Shown piece by piece: positions 17,818 through 26,945 of a DNA stretch of 64,000 bases (position 1 is its first letter; each line of letters starts with the position of its first letter). The notes beneath the pieces are model-generated. The model was given only the letters and a program-made list of their open reading frames with translations, was not told where the DNA came from and did no database searches. The position numbers and the translations under genes are program-made. The stretch lies in IMG/VR virus record IMGVR_UViG_3300008885_000050. The stretch is one strand, 5' to 3'. This stretch comes from an uncultured virus (IMG/VR IMGVR_UViG_3300008885_000050) (lineage: Duplodnaviria > Heunggongvirae > Uroviricota > Caudoviricetes).

Positions 17818-18539
17818 TGCGCGTCATCGTCTCCGCCCCATCTCGTGAGTCCGAACGTGAGCTGCGCGCCGCAGCCGAGGCTGCAGGCTTCGAATCCGCC
17901 GGCGAGACGCTCCCACAGGATCTCTGCAGCGCGCTGTATCGCGATCCGGATGCGATCGGCGTCATCCGAGCCGCGAACAGCGGCTATGCGGCGGTGACGT
18001 GCCGGAACTTCCGAACGGCAGACGTCAAGAACGTGCTGTTCGTGCTGCTCGACGACGGCATGTGGGATGGCGGCTACGCGGCGACGATCCTTAAATGCGG
18101 AGCCGATGACGTCCAGCCGGCGCCGATCCATACCGCCGAGTTCATTGCCAGGCTGAAGGCGCTGGCCCGGCGCGGTGCCTACAACGACCATCTCTTCATC
18201 AAGATGCCGGGCTGCGTGTTCGATGCGGAGACCGGCAACGCCGAAAATGAGAGCGGGAAGCAGCATTTGAGCGGGCTTGAAGCCCGACTCCTGACCGCCC
18301 TCGCGATCGATCCATCCAAGATCTACTCGAAGGACGATCTGATGGACCACCTCTACGGCGGCGAAGACGAGCCCGATAAGAAGATCGTCGACGTCATGGT
18401 CTGCAAGCTTCGCGCCAAGCTGCTCGAAATGAACGATGGCCTCGATGTGGTGCGCACGGTGTGGGGTCGAGGCTATCAGTTCGAACCCAAGGGCTTCACG
18501 CCAGATTACCGCTATGGGCGGGTCAGGCGGGCGCGATGA
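17817..18539 (+). CDS. CtrA-derived OmpR-family regulator with degenerate receiver domain
   Basis: HLYGGEDEPDKKIVDVMVCKLRAKL...TVWGRGY closely matches the CtrA effector domain; GADD..P.H..E.IAR in receiver; TAATG-coupled start. Confidence 0.88.
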   Translation: MRVIVSAPSRESERELRAAAEAAGFESAGETLPQDLCSALYRDPDAIGVIRAANSGYAAVTCRNFRTADVKNVLFVLLDDGMWDGGYAATILKCGADDVQPAPIHTAEFIARLKALARRGAYNDHLFIKMPGCVFDAETGNAENESGKQHLSGLEARLLTALAIDPSKIYSKDDLMDHLYGGEDEPDKKIVDVMVCKLRAKLLEMNDGLDVVRTVWGRGYQFEPKGFTPDYRYGRVRRAR

Positions 18540-19012
18540 GGCCGATCCGCGACACCCTCGCCGAGTGTCTCCGCCGCGAGCGCTACGGCCTCATCCGCCC
18601 ATTATGGGCCGACCTGGTCGGCTTCGACGACGACACCGCGGAGGAGGTCCGCCGGCGGGCCGACCATCTCATGCGGCTGCTTTCGGACTATGGCGTCCAG
18701 CTGGTGCAGACCGGCGAGCCCGCGCCGATCGCCACACCAACGAGCCCGACGATCATCGCGAATGCCGTGTTCGGCGCCCACGGCGTCGAGCGCTCCGTCT
18801 GCGTCGCCGATGTCGGTTTCTCCATTGTCGCGACCAAAGACGGCCAGTCGACCGTCGAGCAGACCTTCACCCTGAACGAGGTCATGCTGAACGCTGGCCT
18901 CGTCCTGGCCGACGATCCCGCCGCGAAGACGATCAAGGGCCTCGGCCGACAGCTTGCCGCTGCGACCGAGGTGTACCGCCTCAACGCCGCCGGCATGGGT
19001 GGCGGCAAATGA
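18536..19012 (+). CDS. Hypothetical protein
   Basis: MRPIRDTL start with ATGA overlap. Confidence 0.65.
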   Translation: MRPIRDTLAECLRRERYGLIRPLWADLVGFDDDTAEEVRRRADHLMRLLSDYGVQLVQTGEPAPIATPTSPTIIANAVFGAHGVERSVCVADVGFSIVATKDGQSTVEQTFTLNEVMLNAGLVLADDPAAKTIKGLGRQLAAATEVYRLNAAGMGGGK

Positions 19013-19206
19013 CGGGCCCGCTTTCCACCGCCAGCCGGCAGCTCGAGGAGCTCGTCGACGTCACCGCAGACTGGACGAGCGAGCTACTGCGGCGCCTTGC
19101 CGACGAGATGGCGCATGCGCTCGATCAGGCTGCCATGCGCGATGTCGAAGGTCCAACGGAATGGCGACTTCTATGCGCCCGTAGATCTACAGCGGGTGAC
19201 GCATGA
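19009..19206 (+). CDS. Hypothetical protein
   Basis: MTGPLSTAS, ATGA overlaps at both ends. Confidence 0.55.
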   Translation: MTGPLSTASRQLEELVDVTADWTSELLRRLADEMAHALDQAAMRDVEGPTEWRLLCARRSTAGDA

Positions 19207-21815
19207 ACATGCAGAGCGATCCCTATCTCGACTTCCTCCGAAGCAAGATGCAGTTGGCCAAGGCTGACGGCTTCGACGTTGCCGTCGACGATATCAACCC
19301 GGCCGGCGCGCCGCATTGCCGCGCCATCGTGCGTTGGGCGCTGAAGGGCGGCAGCCGCGCCATTTTCGCATCGTTCGGCCTGCACAAGACCTTCATGCAG
19401 ATCGAGCTCATGCGCTTGGTCGGCAAGTTCGCGCCGGGCCTGCGATTGATCGTCATTCCGCTCGGCGTCCGGCACGAATTCTTCGCCGAGGCGGCGGAGC
19501 GGTTCCAGGGCGAATGCGGCGTGACGCTGAAGTTCATCCGCTCCGACAGTGAGATCGACGGCGACGGCACGATCTACCTGACCAACTACGAGAGCGTGCT
19601 TGCCGGCAAAATCGACGCCTCGCGCTTCGTCGCCGCCAGCCTCGACGAGGCGGCGGTGCTGCGCGGCTACGGCACGAAGACGTTTCAGACGTTCCTGCCG
19701 CTCTTCAAGGCGGTGCGCTTCAAGTTCGTCGCAACAGCGACGCCGTCGCCAAACCGCACCAAGGAACTGATCCACTATGCCGGCTTCCTCGGCATCATGG
19801 ACACCGGCCAGGCGCTGACGAGGTTCTTCCAGCGCAATTCCGAGAGCGCCGGCGACCTGACACTCTTCCCGCACAAGGAAGATGAGTTCTGGCTCTGGGT
19901 GCACAGCTGGGCCGTGTTCCTGCAATCGCCGGCCGACCTCGGCTTTCCCGATGACGGATATGTGCTGCCGCCGGTCAAGGTGAACTGGCATGAGGTGCCG
20001 ATCGACCACTCGACGGCCGGCTATGATCGCGACGGCCAGGGGCTGCTGATCCGCAACACTGCGCTCGGCGTGACGCAAGCGAGCGCGGCCAAGCGCGACA
20101 GTCTGTCAGCCCGCATCGGCAAGATGGTCGAACTGATCGCCGAGGATCCTGATGCACACCGTATCCTCTGGCACGACCTCGAGGACGAGCGCCGGGCGAT
20201 CGAGGCGGCCGTGCCTGGCGTGCGCTCGATTTATGGCACGCAAGGGCTGGAGGCCAACGAACGCAACGCCATTGGCTTCAAGGATGGCCAGTTCCGAGAT
20301 CTCGCGACGAAACCGGAGATGTCGGGTGCCGGCAACAATTTCCAGAAGCATTGCCACTGGGCGATCTTCGTCGGCGTTGGTTTCAAGTTCCACGACTTCA
20401 TCCAGGCGGTGCACCGGATCGTGCGTTTCGGCCAGGCGCATGAGTGCCGGATCGACATCATTTTCTCGGAAGCCGAGCGCGAAGTGCGTCGCAGCTTGGA
20501 GCGCAAATGGGCCGAGCATGAGCGGCTGATGGCGCGCATGGCGGAGATCATCCGCCGCTATGGCCTCGACGGCCTACCGCTCGACGACGTGCTGTCGCGC
20601 TCGATCGGGGTGCGCCGGCGTGAGGAGCGCGGCGATGGCTTCGTCATTGCGCACAACGACGCCGTGCTCGAGGCGCGCCAGACCGCCAGCGAAAGCGTCG
20701 GCGAGATCGTCACGTCGATTCCGTTCGCCAACCACTATGAGTACACGGCGAGCTATAACGACTTCGGCCATACCGACGACAACGCCCACTTCTGGGCCCA
20801 GATGGATTTCCTGACGCCGGAACTGCTGCGCATCCTGCAGCCCGGCCGGCTGGCCTGCATCCATGTGAAAGACAGGGTTCTGTTCGGCAGCGTGACCGGC
20901 GAAGGCGTGCCGACGGTCTCACCGTTCCATGCCGAGGCGATCTTCCACTATCTAAAGCACGGGTTTCAGTACATCGGCATGATCACCATCGCCACGGATG
21001 TGGTGAAGGAAAACAACCAGACCTATCGTCTCACCTATTCCGAGATGATGAAGGACGCCACGAAGATGGGCGTCGGCTGTCCGGAATATGTGCTGCTGTT
21101 CCGCCGGCCGCAGAGCGATCTTTCACGCGGATATGCCGACGAACCGGTGACGCATGCCAAGCCGCTGGTGATTGCCGGCGACGGCCGGCACGAGCGTTGG
21201 AGCGACGGCGACAGGCGTCCGCAGGTGCCCGACAGCGGCTATACGCTGGCGCGCTGGCAGCTCGACGCGCATGCCTTCTGGCCGTCATCGGGCGACCGGC
21301 TGCTGACCACGGATGAACTGGTGCGGCTCGGACCGAAGCCGCTGCGCGCGCTGTTTCAGAAGGTGTTCGAGGGCGCGATCTACGATTTCGAGGCGCATGT
21401 GCGGCTGGGCGAGGAACTGGCGGCGCGCGACAGTTTGTCGAAAACTTATATGACGCTGGATCCGCCATCCAAGCATCCCGCGGTCTGGTCGGACGTCGTG
21501 CGAATGCTGACGCTCAACGGCCAGCAGGCGTTCCGCAATCTGGAGAAGCATGTCTGCCCGATGCAGTTCGACATCGTCGACCGGCTGATCGAGCGGTACA
21601 GCAACCCGGGCGACGTCATCTATGACCCGTTCGGCGGTCTGATGACCGTGCCATATCGCGCCATCCTGAAGGGCCGACGCGGACAGGCCTCCGAACTCTC
21701 CGAAACCTACTTTCGTGACGGCGCCCGCTATTGCCGCGAGGCCGAAGCCAAGCGCGCCATTCCAACCATGTTCGACATGCTGGGCATCGGCCAGGACCTG
21801 GAGCAAGCAGGATGA
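19203..21815 (+). CDS. SNF2-like helicase / amino-DNA methyltransferase fusion
   Basis: GLHKT, DEAA, TATPSPN, QAVHRIVRFGQ; MTase motif IV TSIPF and motif I YDPFGGLMT (beta order). Confidence 0.88.
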   Translation: MNMQSDPYLDFLRSKMQLAKADGFDVAVDDINPAGAPHCRAIVRWALKGGSRAIFASFGLHKTFMQIELMRLVGKFAPGLRLIVIPLGVRHEFFAEAAERFQGECGVTLKFIRSDSEIDGDGTIYLTNYESVLAGKIDASRFVAASLDEAAVLRGYGTKTFQTFLPLFKAVRFKFVATATPSPNRTKELIHYAGFLGIMDTGQALTRFFQRNSESAGDLTLFPHKEDEFWLWVHSWAVFLQSPADLGFPDDGYVLPPVKVNWHEVPIDHSTAGYDRDGQGLLIRNTALGVTQASAAKRDSLSARIGKMVELIAEDPDAHRILWHDLEDERRAIEAAVPGVRSIYGTQGLEANERNAIGFKDGQFRDLATKPEMSGAGNNFQKHCHWAIFVGVGFKFHDFIQAVHRIVRFGQAHECRIDIIFSEAEREVRRSLERKWAEHERLMARMAEIIRRYGLDGLPLDDVLSRSIGVRRREERGDGFVIAHNDAVLEARQTASESVGEIVTSIPFANHYEYTASYNDFGHTDDNAHFWAQMDFLTPELLRILQPGRLACIHVKDRVLFGSVTGEGVPTVSPFHAEAIFHYLKHGFQYIGMITIATDVVKENNQTYRLTYSEMMKDATKMGVGCPEYVLLFRRPQSDLSRGYADEPVTHAKPLVIAGDGRHERWSDGDRRPQVPDSGYTLARWQLDAHAFWPSSGDRLLTTDELVRLGPKPLRALFQKVFEGAIYDFEAHVRLGEELAARDSLSKTYMTLDPPSKHPAVWSDVVRMLTLNGQQAFRNLEKHVCPMQFDIVDRLIERYSNPGDVIYDPFGGLMTVPYRAILKGRRGQASELSETYFRDGARYCREAEAKRAIPTMFDMLGIGQDLEQAG

Positions 21816-22063
21816 AGAATCGCATCACCGATCTCAACGACCACCTTTTCGCGCAAATGGAGCGCCTCGCCGAAGAGGGACTTTGTGGCGAAAGGCTGGA
21901 AGGAGAAGTCCAGCGCACCGAGGCTATGGTCAAGGTTGCCGACATGATCGTCAACAACGCTCGCCTAGGCATTCAGGCGGCAACCTTGGTGGCAAACCAT
22001 GGCGACCGCTTCCGCAAAGACCTGCCGATGCTCTCCGGTCCGAAGGAGATCGAGGGCAAATGA
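21812..22063 (+). CDS. Conserved phage protein
   Basis: MKNRITDLNDHLFAQMERL, a pattern typically found upstream of HNH genes. Confidence 0.75.
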   Translation: MKNRITDLNDHLFAQMERLAEEGLCGERLEGEVQRTEAMVKVADMIVNNARLGIQAATLVANHGDRFRKDLPMLSGPKEIEGK

Positions 22064-22890
22064 GACGCGGTCGCATCGACTACAGCGCCGACGAGATGGC
22101 CTGGTTAGAGGCAAACCGCTTGTTGGTCATCAGCGACTATCATCGCGCCTTCGTTGCTGCTTTTGAGCGCGATGACGTCACCGCTGCCCATCTCCACGGT
22201 CTTCGGAAGCGGTTGGGCTGGAAGGTCGGCCGCGCGCCCGGACGCCTCAAGGGCCGTCGCCTGAAATACAGCGATGCCGAAATCGCATGGCTGCGCGAAA
22301 ACTGCACGATGGAGGTCAACGCATGGTGCGCCGCCTTCCGCGCGAAGTTCGGGCGAGATGACGTCACTCCGGCAAAACTGCACAGCATGCGGAAGAACGA
22401 GGGGTGGAAGACAGGACGAACGGGCCAATTCGCCAAGGGCGCGGTGCCGTGGACTAAAGGCAAGAAGCTGCCCTTCAATCCCAATTCGGCCAAGACACAG
22501 TTCAAGAAGGGGCAGCTGCCGCACAACCACCGTGGCGCCGGCCATGAGTCGATCGACGGCTTTGGCTATGTCTGGATCATCATTGACCAGACCAACCCCT
22601 GGACCGGCGCCGCCACCTGCCGCGTTCACAAGCATCGTTGGCTTTGGGAACAGGTCAACGGCCCAGTACCGGACGGCATGGTGCTGAAATGCCTTGGCGA
22701 AAAGTCGAACTCTGATCCGTCGAACTGGGAGCTCGTGCCGATCGGGCTGCTGCCGCGTCTGAACGGCAAGTCCAACCGCGACTTTGACCACGCCCCAGCT
22801 GAACTGAAGCCGATCATCATGACCGTGGCGAAGCTCGAGCACGCCGTCGCGACGCGCCGCAAATCCAAATCAGAAAGGACCTCGACATGA
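22060..22890 (+). CDS. HNH_3-type endonuclease-like protein (possibly degenerate)
   Basis: Two N-terminal repeats (YS..E.AWL), FKKGQLPHN, HRWLWEQVNGPVP...N.DPSNW. Confidence 0.75.
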   Translation: MRRGRIDYSADEMAWLEANRLLVISDYHRAFVAAFERDDVTAAHLHGLRKRLGWKVGRAPGRLKGRRLKYSDAEIAWLRENCTMEVNAWCAAFRAKFGRDDVTPAKLHSMRKNEGWKTGRTGQFAKGAVPWTKGKKLPFNPNSAKTQFKKGQLPHNHRGAGHESIDGFGYVWIIIDQTNPWTGAATCRVHKHRWLWEQVNGPVPDGMVLKCLGEKSNSDPSNWELVPIGLLPRLNGKSNRDFDHAPAELKPIIMTVAKLEHAVATRRKSKSERTST

Positions 22891-24731
22891 TCACCATCAG
22901 CACAACGGTCGCGCTCGCCGACATCGAGCCCGATGAAAGCATCAACGCCAGGCGCACCCGCACCGATGAGGGCATCTATGAGTTGAAGGCCTCGATCCGT
23001 GCGCACGGTCTCATCCAGGCTCTGCGTGTCCGTCACGCCGACGGCCCGACGGCCAAGATTATTGCAGGCCACCGCCGCCATCGCGTGCTTTGCGAACTGG
23101 CGGCTGATGGCGACAGCGCCGGCGGCGTCGTGGTGACGCCTTCGTTCCCGGTACCCGTCATTTTCGGTGATGTCGACGACACCGCCGCGCGCGAGATCAG
23201 CCAGGCGGAAAACCTGATCCGGCTTCCGCAACATGAAGCCGACACCTATGAGACGTTCCGAGATCTCGCCGATCGCGGTCTCGACCAGCATCAGATCGCG
23301 GCGCGGTTCGGTATCGATCCGAAGCGAGTCACCCGAATGCTGGCACTCGGCCGACTGTCACCGGTGATCCTCGATGCATGGCGCTCCGGTTCTTTCGATG
23401 AGCGCGGAAGCGCCGCTACGATTGTCCGCGCCTTCACGCTGGCACCCTCGATCGAGGATCAGGAGCGCGTCCTCAACAAGCTGATCAAGGACCGCAACCT
23501 TCACGCCGGCGCCATCTTGGCGGCATTCGGAGGCAATGATCACGAGGCCGCCAGGAACATCAAGATCGCCGGGCTGGACGCCTATCGTGCCGCCGGCGGT
23601 GAGGTCACCCAGGATCTCTTCGGCGACAACCACATCATTGCCGACAAGGCCCTGGCGAAGCGGGTTGCCGACGAGAAGATCGCAGCCACTATCGCCGGCC
23701 TGAAAGCGGAGGGCTGGTCTTGGGTCAGCCTCGGCGCCGACCTCGGCTATTACTGGGAACATGGTTGGAAGCGCGAAAAGCCCGGCGACGGCAAGGCAAC
23801 GGCCGACGAGAAGAAGCAGATCAAGAATCTGAAGAAGCTGGCCGCTAAAGATAATGTAGTCGCTGCCGGACACCTCAATGACCTCTACAAGACGATCGCC
23901 GATCGGCAATGGTCGCCCGAGCAACTCGGCATAGCCGGCGCCGTCGTGAAGATCGGCCATCACGGCGACCTCGAGGTCATTCGCGGCGTCGTGAAACCGC
24001 AGGCCGAGAAGAAGGCCTCGTCGTCGTCTGGCGCGCCGAAGGAGAAAGGTCCACCAACGATCTCGAATGCGCTGCATGAGCGTCTGAGCGCGCAGGCCAC
24101 CCTCGCAACGCGGCAGGCCCTCAAGCAGGAGCCGCATATCGGTCTCGTCGCATTGCTGGCCGGATTCATGACGCATCGGCGCATGCATGCCGACAGCCCG
24201 GTCCGCGTCTACCACGAAGGCTTTGGCAAGACGCACAGCGACGAGAAGGAAAGCTTCGCGTCCGTCTTCTCCCGTCTCATGGAGATGACAGACGCCGAAC
24301 TGTTCCTGGTCGCAGCAGGATGCGCCGGCGAGGCCGTTCACATGGAGCGGCATCATATCGGGAAGCCACCATTCGATTCCAACTCGGCTCCGCTCGCCGC
24401 CGCGATAGACGCCGAACACATGACCGCTGCGCTGCAGGAGACCTTCGACGCCGCCGACTACTTCGACGGGGCATCGAAGCCGTTCGTGATCCAGGCCATT
24501 CGCGAAGCCATCAACGAGGATGAGGCTCGCCGGGCCGACAAGATGAAGAAGGCCGAGCTCGTCGCTTTCGCGCTTGCCAACGTGCCGCAGACCGGCTGGC
24601 TGCCGCCAGAGTTGCGGGCGCCGACCTATGGCGGCCCAGGCGCGATACCGACCTTCGCGACGACAGACCCAGCGCAGCACGATCCCGACTTCGACGAGGA
24701 AACCGAAGAAGAACTCGACCGGGTTGCCTGA
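22887..24731 (+). CDS. Large ParB/Srx-domain protein
   Basis: LKASIRAHGLIQAL, IIAGHRRHR, AENLIR, followed by HTH. Confidence 0.88.
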   Translation: MITISTTVALADIEPDESINARRTRTDEGIYELKASIRAHGLIQALRVRHADGPTAKIIAGHRRHRVLCELAADGDSAGGVVVTPSFPVPVIFGDVDDTAAREISQAENLIRLPQHEADTYETFRDLADRGLDQHQIAARFGIDPKRVTRMLALGRLSPVILDAWRSGSFDERGSAATIVRAFTLAPSIEDQERVLNKLIKDRNLHAGAILAAFGGNDHEAARNIKIAGLDAYRAAGGEVTQDLFGDNHIIADKALAKRVADEKIAATIAGLKAEGWSWVSLGADLGYYWEHGWKREKPGDGKATADEKKQIKNLKKLAAKDNVVAAGHLNDLYKTIADRQWSPEQLGIAGAVVKIGHHGDLEVIRGVVKPQAEKKASSSSGAPKEKGPPTISNALHERLSAQATLATRQALKQEPHIGLVALLAGFMTHRRMHADSPVRVYHEGFGKTHSDEKESFASVFSRLMEMTDAELFLVAAGCAGEAVHMERHHIGKPPFDSNSAPLAAAIDAEHMTAALQETFDAADYFDGASKPFVIQAIREAINEDEARRADKMKKAELVAFALANVPQTGWLPPELRAPTYGGPGAIPTFATTDPAQHDPDFDEETEEELDRVA

Positions 24732-24735
24732 TCAC

Positions 24736-25950
24736 ATGAGGCAACCAACCCTTTTCGATGGCTCAAAACGCCTGGTATACGACGAGGCCGTGGATCTCAC
24801 GCTGCAGTCCATGCAAGCTTACGGTCCAGCGCACGATCATTGGGGAATCGCATGGTCCGGGGGGAAAGACAGCTCAGCTACCCTGACCCTCATCGTCCAC
24901 CTGCTTGACACCGGGCGCCTCGCGCGGCCGAAGAGCCTTACCGTCTTCTATGCCGATACTCGGCAAGAACTTCCACCACTGGCGATCGCTGCGTCAAGCA
25001 TCATGCTGCAGCTCCATGCGCGAGGTATCCGCTGCGAGGTCGTCACTGCTCCGCTCGACAAGCGTTTCCTCGTCTACATGCTTGGTCGCGGCGTCCCCCC
25101 GCCGAACAATAGAACCTTTCGTTGGTGCACCAGGCAGATCAAAGTCGACCCGATGGCCGATGCAATCGCCGCGCGCCTCGAAGAGCTAAACGGCAATGTG
25201 CTGATGATCACCGGCGTCCGCGAAGGCGAAAGTGCCATACGCGACGAACGCATTCGAATGTCCTGCGGCAAGGATGGAGCAGAGTGCGGCCAGGGCTGGT
25301 ACCAGGAGGTTCTACCTCAGTCGAAGGGAGTTCGCGGTCGCATTGCCACGCTGGCGCCTCTGCTGCACTGGCGGGTTTGCAACGTCTGGGACTGGCTGCG
25401 GATCTACGCTCCGATGCCAGCTTATGGCGGCTGGGAAACGTCGGCGATCGCAGACGCCTATGGCGGCGATGAGGCGGAGGAAGCCAACGCCCGAACAGGC
25501 TGCATCGGCTGCCCGCTCGCCAGCAAGGAAATGGCGCTCGAGACGATCCTGGCGATGCCCGCATGGTCCTATCTCGCTCCGCTGCGCGACCTGAAGCCGA
25601 TTTACCGCGAACTCAGGGAGGACGACAGCAAGCGGTTGAAAAAGACCGGCATCGACGACGACGGCACCCTGTCTTTGGGAAAGAACAAGCAGCGTAAGGG
25701 TCCCCTGACCTTCGAAGCCAGGCTGGATGCGCTGGATCGTATCATTGCAATCCAGGGGGCATGCAATGCCGCCGCTCGATCTCTCAACCGGCCAACTATC
25801 GACATACTCAATCGCGAAGAGGAGGAACGCATCCGCGAACTGGTAGCAGCCGAGACCTGGCCTAACGGCTGGGATGGCGATGAGCCCACCGCCGATACTC
25901 CGATGGACACGATCTTCAGGGACGGCTCCGTTCAGCCGTTGCTGGTGTAG
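24736..25950 (+). CDS. PAPS-reductase family protein (DndC-like)
   Basis: SGGKDSS PP-loop, GRGVPPPN..FRWCT..IKVDP, GVREGES..R, RTGCIGCPL. Confidence 0.88.
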   Translation: MRQPTLFDGSKRLVYDEAVDLTLQSMQAYGPAHDHWGIAWSGGKDSSATLTLIVHLLDTGRLARPKSLTVFYADTRQELPPLAIAASSIMLQLHARGIRCEVVTAPLDKRFLVYMLGRGVPPPNNRTFRWCTRQIKVDPMADAIAARLEELNGNVLMITGVREGESAIRDERIRMSCGKDGAECGQGWYQEVLPQSKGVRGRIATLAPLLHWRVCNVWDWLRIYAPMPAYGGWETSAIADAYGGDEAEEANARTGCIGCPLASKEMALETILAMPAWSYLAPLRDLKPIYRELREDDSKRLKKTGIDDDGTLSLGKNKQRKGPLTFEARLDALDRIIAIQGACNAAARSLNRPTIDILNREEEERIRELVAAETWPNGWDGDEPTADTPMDTIFRDGSVQPLLV

Positions 25951-25952
25951 CC

Positions 25953-26243
25953 ATGAACGGCGTCAACGCGCGTGCCGTCCAGATCTTCGGCGGCTTCGAG
26001 GGTCAATTTCGCAAGGTCCATAAGGCCGACTGGGAGCCAGTCCAGGTCAACGGCATCCCGCAACTCTATGACACCGCCGATGCCGCCGAATGTGCGGCCT
26101 GGCGCGCGCTGCTGGCGCATCTGCAGGGCGATATCGTCGGCAGCGGCGACCGCGCTTCGATCGCCCGCACGCAGGCCGAGGAACGCTTCGGCAAGATATT
26201 TCCTGGCCACGGCCGCAAACCAATCACAGTTGAAAGGCGGTGA
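25953..26243 (+). CDS. Hypothetical protein
   Basis: 96 aa in operon. Confidence 0.65.
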   Translation: MNGVNARAVQIFGGFEGQFRKVHKADWEPVQVNGIPQLYDTADAAECAAWRALLAHLQGDIVGSGDRASIARTQAEERFGKIFPGHGRKPITVERR

Positions 26244-26944
26244 TGGTCATGCTGCCCACATGCTCCATCGAGACCTGCAACCGGCCACGGAAAGCGCTTG
26301 GCTGGTGCTCCTCTCATCATTCACGTTGGCATAGATATGGCGATCCGCTCGCTGGTGGCGCTCACCGCCAGCGCGCAGCCGGCCTGACATGCGCGGTCAC
26401 CGGATGCGACAGACCCGTCCAAGGACGCGGCTTTTGCATCAACCACCTCGCTCGATTGCAACGGCATGGCGATCCGCATGGTTCGGCGCCGAAGCGATCA
26501 TCAGTTTGCCAGATAGAAGGCTGCGCCAGGGCGACATTCGCCACCGAACTCTGCGCCGGTCACTATAAACGGAAACTTAGATACGGTGATCCAGTCGCCG
26601 GCAGGCCGACAATGGATGGCGATCTTGAGCGCTATTTCCGTGATGTCGTCATGGCCTACGACGGCACCGAATGCCTGACGTGGCCGTACAGCAAAGACGG
26701 GCACGGGTATGGCCAACTCTTCCGGGATGGGAGAAACCTTTCTGTCTCTCGACTGATATGCATTGAGGTCAACGGTCCTCCTCCTGGCCCGGACTACGAT
26801 GCCGCTCACTCATGCGACAACGGGCACCTAGCCTGCGTCGCCAAGCGGCATATCGTTTGGAAAACTCACGCCGAGAACATGCTCGACCAGAAGGGCAAGC
26901 GGAAGCGTCGTGGCGATCGGGCGCCGGCGGAGGTCGCCGCTTAG
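26240..26944 (+). CDS. His-Me finger endonuclease with three Cys3His repeats
   Basis: C.I.GC.......C..H..R..RYGDP three times; AAHSCDNGHLACV...H....T..EN..D. Confidence 0.8.
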   Translation: MMVMLPTCSIETCNRPRKALGWCSSHHSRWHRYGDPLAGGAHRQRAAGLTCAVTGCDRPVQGRGFCINHLARLQRHGDPHGSAPKRSSVCQIEGCARATFATELCAGHYKRKLRYGDPVAGRPTMDGDLERYFRDVVMAYDGTECLTWPYSKDGHGYGQLFRDGRNLSVSRLICIEVNGPPPGPDYDAAHSCDNGHLACVAKRHIVWKTHAENMLDQKGKRKRRGDRAPAEVAA

Positions 26945-26945
26945 C

